Shown here one piece after another: positions 6,057 through 11,782 of a stretch of DNA of 11,782 bases. Both the position numbers and the translations under genes were made by a program. Numbering within the stretch: the first letter of the stretch is position 1; every line of letters starts with the position of its first letter. The stretch comes from Caldisphaera sp. (lineage in GTDB: Archaea; Thermoproteota; Thermoprotei_A; Sulfolobales; Acidilobaceae), in NCBI GenBank assembly GCA_049971805.1, contig JBMFKU010000034.1, positions 1 through 11,782 of the forward strand, given 5' to 3'. The notes below the pieces were generated by a model. That model ran no database searches. It was not told where the DNA came from and saw only the letters and a program-made list of their open reading frames with translations.

Positions 6057-8930
6057 ATGGTTAAAATGGTTATTGAAGAAACTATTAATCACTATATAGG
6101 CAAATACTTGGATGCATTTGGGAAAGATATTGAATTGAAATGTAAATCGGAAAGAACAGAATTTGTAAATGGTTATGCTAAAAGACCTGATATAAAATGT
6201 TTTTATCAAGGATTAAGGATAGGTATTGAAAGCTCTTATCAAAAATCTGATGCTGAAAAAGATGCTGAGAATAGATTGAATCAAGGTCTTGTTGATATAT
6301 CAATAGCCTTGCATATAAAGGAAAGCATAGGAGATATCAATGAAAGCGAAGTTGAAGATAAAATAAAAGGTTTGAAGTTTGATTGCAAAATTTTTATACC
6401 CTTAAGTTCTAGAAAGGCGTTATATAATTACATTAAGGACTTTAAATTACCTATTGCTTCAAATGAATGGATTCAGGATTTGGATATATTAAAATTGAAG
6501 GAGATAATAAAATATCTACCTCATAAATTGATAAGTGAAGAGCAGACGAAGGAATACATAGACAAGGTATATCAAGCACTTCAAGACTTCTCTCAAAATG
6601 TTGATGAAGAATTATCAAATAAGCTTTATGAATCTATATGGCGACTTTATGGATTAAAAATTGAGAATGATAAAGAATTGATTTCATATCAGGCAGGTCT
6701 CTTAATTTTATTATCATCAGCATTTTATGAGCACATAAGAAATTATAGACCAGGACTAAAGAGCTTAAGATCTTTAATCAAGGAAAAAAATTCTTCTGTT
6801 ATTGCACTACAAAAAGCCATGGAAAAAATAGAAGAAATAGATTACCAATTGATAACAAAAAATGTTAATGAAATTCTAGATTTACTGCCTCCAAAATTTG
6901 ACAAACCAGTTGAAAATTTAACAAAGGTAGGAGAAGAGATTGCTCAAAACAAGATTTTATTGAGCAAAGACATCGCTGGTAGGATATATCACAAGGTTTC
7001 AGGAGATATATCTCAAAGAAAGGGCTTTGCCACATATTATACTCAAATACCAGCTGCAACCTTATTAGCGGAGCTTTCGGTAAATACATTATATGATGGA
7101 GTAGAAGACATAGAGCTAATAAAGGAAACAAAGGTAGCTGATTTTGCATGCGGAAGCGGTACTTTACTAACATATGCATATCAATCTTTAAATAGGCTTG
7201 CATCAAAAATAATATATGATAAAGATTTAAACGATGATATAAAGGAAATATCAAAAAGAATTTTAGAAAACATCTATGGGATTGATGCATTAAAATATGC
7301 AGCTCAGATAACTGCAATTAATTTGGCATTACTTGCTCCTGAAGTTAAAAAACAAAACATAAGAGCCGATTATTTTGGTATTAAGGAAGATAAAACTCCA
7401 TGGCTTGGTAGCCTTGAATTAATAAGAAATAAAAAGGAGTTTAAAAATATGCTTGATTGGTTAGATTTGCCAAAAGAAGAAAGGATAAAAAAGGAAGGTA
7501 ATATTTCCCTAACTATATCAGGAGAAGAGGAAGGGTTTAAGTTACCAGACAAAATTGACTTAATACTAATGAATCCTCCATTTACCAGAGCAACAGGTAG
7601 AAAAGGGAAGGAGTTTAAAGAGAAGGAAAAGGGATTATTTGGGTTTGTAGTTGAAGATAGAGAAAGGCTTATAGAAAAGTTTAATAAAATTAGAGATGAT
7701 GTAAAAAATGATTTAATTAAGATTGCAAAAGAAAGCAATATACTCAAAGATATCGATGATGATTTAAAGAATGTATATTATGGTATATCTAGGGCAGGGG
7801 AGGGCCTTCTATTTTTATACCTAGCATATCTTTATGTTAAAGAAAACGGTGTAATAGGTTTTGTTTTACCAAAAAATTTATTAATGGGCCCTTCATGGTT
7901 TTTAGCAAGATCATTGCTTTTCTCAAAGTTTCATTTAAAGTATGTAATAACAAGCTTTGATAGTCAGGGATACAATTTCTCTGAGTCAACAAACTTAAGC
8001 GAAGTCCTAATAATAGCAAAAAGAAAGGATCATCATGATGATAATGAAGAGACCATTTTTGTTAATCTGTTAAAAAAACCAAAAACAACAATCGACGCAC
8101 TGGAAATTTCATATAAATTGCTTAATCGAGATATTATTAGCAATGATTACATAGCTATTAAAGTAAATAGAAAATCCTTGTTATCGGATTCGTGGAGTTA
8201 TTTTGTTTCATTTCCTTCGCGTCATCTAACAGAAAAAGCTATTGAATTGCAATCATTAAATAATATGATAGAGCTAGGAAAGATAGCAAAGATAGGAATC
8301 GATAGGCATCAATTCCATGACTGTTTTACTATAGTTAATTTGGAATCTTCGGAAGGATATCCAGTTTTATTTGGTGGAGAAGAAGAAAATAGATCTTCTT
8401 TAATAATAAAACCAAACAAAAAAGGAATACCTAAAAATAAAAATTGCATCAAGTTGTTTGAAGATTATTCATCAAGATTACTTGTCCCGGATAGGATTTC
8501 ACTAAAAACTGTTCATCTAGTTTCCATATATTCGGAAAGGCCTATTTTATCTAATATGTTTTATTCTGTAAGGGTTGATGATAAAATTCAAAAAGCTTTG
8601 ATTTTATGGTTAAATTCTATTTTCGGATTAATATCGATTTTATCTAAAAGAGAAGAGACTGGAGGTTCTTGGATAAGCCTCAAAATTTCTCAATGGAAAA
8701 CTCTTAAAGTACCAGATTTTAGGAAATTTGAAAAAGAAAGATTAAACGAGATTGACTTGTTATTTGAAGAAATGAAAAATTACGAAATTAGTAGATTGCC
8801 GGATCAATTTGATAGAAACAGAAAGTTTTTTGATTTATCAATAAGAGATATTTTGGGATTAGAAATTAGTGATAATGAAATAGATAAGATTTATGAAGAA
8901 TTTAAGAATTGGTTAAAAAATATTAAATGA
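6057..8930 (+). CDS. Single-chain Type IIG/IIL-like restriction-modification protein (nuclease-like domain + amino-MTase, gamma class + target recognition domain)
   Basis: Motif X ATYYT, motif I VADFACGSGTLL, motif II IYGID, motif IV LILMNPPF and VKENGVIGFVLP in gamma order; N-terminal RPDI-x(9)-ESS resembles PD-(D/E)xK; long C-terminal TRD-like region. Alternative start ATG 6066. Confidence 0.85.
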   Translation: MVKMVIEETINHYIGKYLDAFGKDIELKCKSERTEFVNGYAKRPDIKCFYQGLRIGIESSYQKSDAEKDAENRLNQGLVDISIALHIKESIGDINESEVEDKIKGLKFDCKIFIPLSSRKALYNYIKDFKLPIASNEWIQDLDILKLKEIIKYLPHKLISEEQTKEYIDKVYQALQDFSQNVDEELSNKLYESIWRLYGLKIENDKELISYQAGLLILLSSAFYEHIRNYRPGLKSLRSLIKEKNSSVIALQKAMEKIEEIDYQLITKNVNEILDLLPPKFDKPVENLTKVGEEIAQNKILLSKDIAGRIYHKVSGDISQRKGFATYYTQIPAATLLAELSVNTLYDGVEDIELIKETKVADFACGSGTLLTYAYQSLNRLASKIIYDKDLNDDIKEISKRILENIYGIDALKYAAQITAINLALLAPEVKKQNIRADYFGIKEDKTPWLGSLELIRNKKEFKNMLDWLDLPKEERIKKEGNISLTISGEEEGFKLPDKIDLILMNPPFTRATGRKGKEFKEKEKGLFGFVVEDRERLIEKFNKIRDDVKNDLIKIAKESNILKDIDDDLKNVYYGISRAGEGLLFLYLAYLYVKENGVIGFVLPKNLLMGPSWFLARSLLFSKFHLKYVITSFDSQGYNFSESTNLSEVLIIAKRKDHHDDNEETIFVNLLKKPKTTIDALEISYKLLNRDIISNDYIAIKVNRKSLLSDSWSYFVSFPSRHLTEKAIELQSLNNMIELGKIAKIGIDRHQFHDCFTIVNLESSEGYPVLFGGEEENRSSLIIKPNKKGIPKNKNCIKLFEDYSSRLLVPDRISLKTVHLVSIYSERPILSNMFYSVRVDDKIQKALILWLNSIFGLISILSKREETGGSWISLKISQWKTLKVPDFRKFEKERLNEIDLLFEEMKNYEISRLPDQFDRNRKFFDLSIRDILGLEISDNEIDKIYEEFKNWLKNIK

Positions 8931-9288
8931 TAATAGCTTGTTTTTTGTTTCCTAAGTTTATTTCGTAGTTACTTCATTACTTTAAAAGCTAAAACATGAG
9001 TCATGGAAAGTAAAGTTTAATTAAGGTCTTGTTTTTTAGCTTTTTATTAACATAAAGTTGCTGATCTTTTTAAGATATAGTGTATAAAATAGCTTCTATA
9101 TCTATTAACAAATAAAGAGCTTTTATGATATTTCTTTCAAGCTTTCTAAGCATATTTAGAACATACTTAATTGCAACATCTTTTCATAATTTAGAAATCG
9201 ATATAAATGATAACAAATCAATAAATTGTTTTTGCTTTTAAGAAGTAATGTGCTAAAGACAAAATTTGAAAAATATAATAATTAAACT

Positions 9289-10050
9289 TTATGAAACTAT
9301 TAATACATATAAGCCGAATCCTATTAGAAAGAAACCTAGTATCAATAAACTAAGTCTGCCAGATCTAATTAAAACTTCGTGTGCTCCAACTAGTTTTAGC
9401 AGACCCTTATATGCCATCAAAACTATACCTAGTTGACCCAAGAAGGATCCAAGTCCAAATAGAAAGCCCACTAAAATTAATGGAAATTCTTGTGTTAAGG
9501 TTTTTATTGACAAAGCTAACAATAAGATGACAAAGAAATCTCCACCAAATGCAGCCCCCATGCCATGTATCCATATGGCTTTATAATCTGGAGCTGATGC
9601 CTCGGTTCCTTTCTTATGATTCTTCCATAGATAAAGACCTGCAATTGTTATCATAGTAAGGCCTACTAATATATCCACAAGCCAATTATAAACACCTTTA
9701 AATAGTGTATCAGGCAGAAATCCTACGAGAGTGCTCATTGCAGTCCAAACTAGAGTTAAAGCTCCAGCGAATGTCATAGTAGCTAGCACAGCTCCTCTAG
9801 CATTTTTTTGCATCATTGCATAAGATATTGTTATTGGCCATGTATGTTCATCAGGCTTAAGGCCATGCACAACACCTATTGCTAAAATTGCAATAGGCAA
9901 TATATATTCAAGTGATGAGAGTATTGCCTGTGCTATTGGTTCCAAAATTTCAGGCATAGATAGTATAGCCACCATTATAGCAGAGGCTATAATGATTGCT
10001 AAAACCATATCTGTTCTTATTGAGGCTTTCTTGTGCACGTTATTTATCAA
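9289..10050 (-). CDS. Membrane protein of the NiCoT/RcnA/UreH-like nickel/cobalt transporter group
   Basis: About 7 hydrophobic segments; GVVHGLKPDEHTWP resembles the HAxxxDH/HALEPGH signature and IWIHGMG resembles the second GxxHG motif. Start uncertain (TTG 10050 or ATG 10008). Confidence 0.7.
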   Translation of the reverse strand: MINNVHKKASIRTDMVLAIIIASAIMVAILSMPEILEPIAQAILSSLEYILPIAILAIGVVHGLKPDEHTWPITISYAMMQKNARGAVLATMTFAGALTLVWTAMSTLVGFLPDTLFKGVYNWLVDILVGLTMITIAGLYLWKNHKKGTEASAPDYKAIWIHGMGAAFGGDFFVILLLALSIKTLTQEFPLILVGFLFGLGSFLGQLGIVLMAYKGLLKLVGAHEVLIRSGRLSLLILGFFLIGFGLYVLIVS

Positions 10051-10160
10051 ATTTCCTTCCCTCTGTGCACTATATATGATGTACTATGCTTTTAAAGTTT
10101 TTTGAATATCTTAATTTTTATATAAAGTTTTTTGCTTTAGTTTTTCTTGATAAAATAAAT

Positions 10161-10432
10161 GGCAAACCTCATCTTTTTAAGGTGGGGGTAAAGTTTAAGG
10201 TTTGTTTAAAAATAATTAGATATGAATAGCTATCAAGGGTATTCTTCACTATATAAGGTAAGTCTCTACTCGTTACCAAATTAAAGAAAAAGGAGGGCAA
10301 GATTTCTCTCTTAGGTCAAATAAGAGCGAGAAGTTGTAACTTTACTCCCACATAGGGAGGAATCAGAGTAGCTCCTATAGGTAACCCTTAAGACTTGAAA
10401 ACTCTCGCCCTTCAAAGCAGGATAGAGGTCAG
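10161..10432 (+). mobile_element. Non-autonomous IS200/IS605-type miniature element (PATE/SMN-like), about 272 bp
   Basis: Left-end hairpin CCTCATCTT-ttt-AAGGTGGGG (10167-10187) followed by TAAAGTTT, homologous to 11710-11746. Right end AACTCTCGCCCTTCAAAGCAGGATAGAGGTCAG looks like a degenerate IS605 right end (CCTCGCCCTTTAGGGCGGGGAGGAGGTCAG type, from memory). No terminal inverted repeats, target duplication or transposase ORF; GC higher than flanks. Confidence 0.72.
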
Positions 10433-10660
10433 CAGTTAAACGCTTAACGTTAATAGTGTTTATTTTAGTCATTTGTATTCTATTTAATTATCTAAGAAAT
10501 GGTTTAAATTTTTAATTATAATCTTGTTTATTTATAAATTTTTATAATTATTTAAAAAATATAAACTTTAAAATATAGAATATTGGGAATTTATATTAAA
10601 TAGAAATAATATTGAATTTTAAAATTTGGATAATTTAATAGAAAATAAATTAATATTTAT

Positions 10661-11029
10661 TTAGGATCCTCCATTTTTAATAATTTTATGCTCCCTATTT
10701 AGCTGTATCCAAACCAATAGAAGCATTAAGGGTATTTCAAGTAATGGTCTTATAACAATTGTCATACCTATATAAGGGTATACTGAAAAGGCTGTAAAAG
10801 CTATTGCTATGCCAACTTCAAAATCTCTTGCTGAGACTGAAAAATCCAATAGCTGCAGAATCTACATAATTAAATTTGGTTTTTCTTGAAACTAAATAAC
10901 CAACATGAAAGAGAACGAAATAAAAATTAACATTACTATGCCTACCATCCATATTAGAGATGGAGTATCTATTATTTCTACCCCTTCTTCCCAAAACATT
11001 ACAACTATAGATAAAAGTAGTGCATTCAT
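10661..11029 (-). pseudogene. acr3: ACR3-family arsenite efflux transporter, 5'-truncated and frameshifted C-terminal remnant
   Basis: Reconstruction across two homopolymer indels (A5 at 10922-10926 and 10840-10844): ALLLSIVVMFWEEGVEIIDTPSLIWMVGIVMLIF/YFVLFHVGYLVSRKTKFNYVDSAAIGF/SVSARDFEVGIAIAFTAF...IVIRPLLEIPLMLLLV, matching the ACR3 xNFELAIA and GPLIEVP motifs. Confidence 0.82.
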
Positions 11030-11250
11030 TTGTACTTATCTAAGGACTTTGGCTCAGCATACCTTCAAGGCAACTCCTGTCTAAGCAATATGGCTGCCGT
11101 TAAGTACATAGTGTAAACCTAACCAAAGCCATACTATAGGTTGCGTCCGGGATCTTGAAAGTAGTCATTGATCACATGGTGTTAGCTAAACCACGTGAGA
11201 AGATCAGAGCCAAGTAGAAGCAGGAAAGATCGTTGATTTATTAACTTTGT

Positions 11251-11519
11251 TTAACTCTCAAGTTAAAGGTTGGTAGGAAGGGTGTTATAATATACCAAAG
11301 TCAATCCGTGAGGCGGTAGGAATAGATGAAGGGGATGAGGTTATCGTAGAGATAAGTGATGGAATAGTGCTAAGGCCTGTGAGAAAAAATGTTAATGAAC
11401 AAGAGCTCAAGGATTGGCTGAGGAAGCATGCCGAGAGGCTGAAGGAGTTGCAAAGTAGAAAAGAACTGAGGCCAGGAGAACACGCCGAGACAGCTCTTGA
11501 AGAGAAGTTCGAGGCTTGA
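11251..11519 (+). pseudogene. vapB: AbrB/MazE/SpoVT-type antitoxin (VapB), frameshifted; not in the ORF track
   Basis: LTLKLKVGRKGVII then 1-nt shift at about 11292 to IPKSIREAVGIDEGDEVIVEISDGIVLRPVRK...EEKFEA* (TGA 11517-11519); classic AbrB signature; no in-frame start codon visible. Confidence 0.85.
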
Positions 11520-11709
11520 AGGCCTTTCTTGACGCTCCGCTCCATATATCTTAACACGGTTTCTGATCCCAGTAATCGAGCTCAGTATGAAAACCTCTAT
11601 ATATACTTCACTACAAAGTATAAGTTGTACACCGATGTTCTCGTACTTGACGACGTTCTTTACATTTCAAGGAAAAAGTACGGTATCCCATACGACTTGA
11701 CGATAAAGT
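11516..11709 (+). pseudogene. vapC: PIN-domain toxin (VapC), frameshifted and truncated by an IS end
   Basis: TTG 11516 overlaps the vapB stop (TTGA): MKAFLDAPL, shift at about 11543, then IYLNTV...KLYTDVLVLDDVLYISRKKYGIPYDLTIK; PIN beta1-Asp and TDxxVxxE-like helix; only about 64 codons before IS sequence begins. Confidence 0.82.
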
Positions 11710-11782
11710 GGCAAGCCTCACCCCTTCTGAGGGGCAAATAAAGTTTTAAAAATTCTAAAATGTGTTAAGGTATTGTGAAAAC
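11710..11782 (+). mobile_element. Left end of an IS200/IS605-type element (runs off the window)
   Basis: GGCAAGCCTCACCCCTTCTGAGGGGCAAATAAAGTTTTAAA aligns with 10161-10198 (GGCAAACCTCATCTTTTTAAGGTGGGGGTAAAGTTTAA); CCCCT/AGGGG hairpin; starts where PIN similarity stops. Confidence 0.7.

Noticed and set aside
6021-8019. Minus-strand ORFs 6021-6209, 6865-7317, 7370-7747 and 7837-8019
   Set aside because: Antisense to the R-M gene with F/L/S-rich shadow composition; no sign of a controller protein.
6057-8930. BREX PglX, DISARM or Type I/III system
   Set aside because: No pglZ, brxC, drm, hsdR/hsdS or res genes in the window; a single-chain R-M protein is simpler.
10433-10453. Putative mini-element guide matching CAGTTAA at 5453-5459, and local GTTAA/TTAAC palindromes
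   Set aside because: Only 7 nt of AT-rich identity; not significant.
11033-11116. DFGSA peptide suggesting a protein kinase fragment
   Set aside because: Short frame with no other kinase motifs; likely chance.
11285-11557. 90-aa minus-strand ORF
   Set aside because: Ser/Leu-rich shadow of the plus-strand vapB pseudogene.
1-11782. CRISPR array, tRNA or rRNA
   Set aside because: No regularly spaced repeats and no GC-rich structural RNA gene seen; AT-rich tracts at 5352-5540 and 10450-10660 are low complexity without periodicity.

Overview
AT-rich archaeal DNA, most consistent with Sulfolobales (GGTGA/GAGGT ribosome-binding motifs, TTG/GTG starts, Bat-type HTH regulator, vapBC, IS605-type ends). 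Left part (258-5351): an intact-looking small-molecule uptake/catabolism cluster made of a KynB-like metal-dependent hydrolase, an HTH_10 regulator, a family III CoA-transferase coupled to an atypical LeuA/homocitrate-synthase-like DRE-TIM enzyme, and a divergently transcribed MFS transporter. Middle: a His-rich NifX/NifB-like protein and a NiCoT/RcnA-like membrane protein, both on the minus strand, separated by a stand-alone 957-aa Type IIG/IIL-like restriction-modification fusion. Right part: decayed accessory DNA comprising a ~272-bp non-coding IS200/IS605-type mini-element with internal hairpins, an ACR3 pseudogene, a doubly frameshifted vapBC pair and a second IS left end that truncates vapC. 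The window probably starts in the 3' end of a tnpB-type element. All family calls come from motif recognition by eye; no database searches were run.
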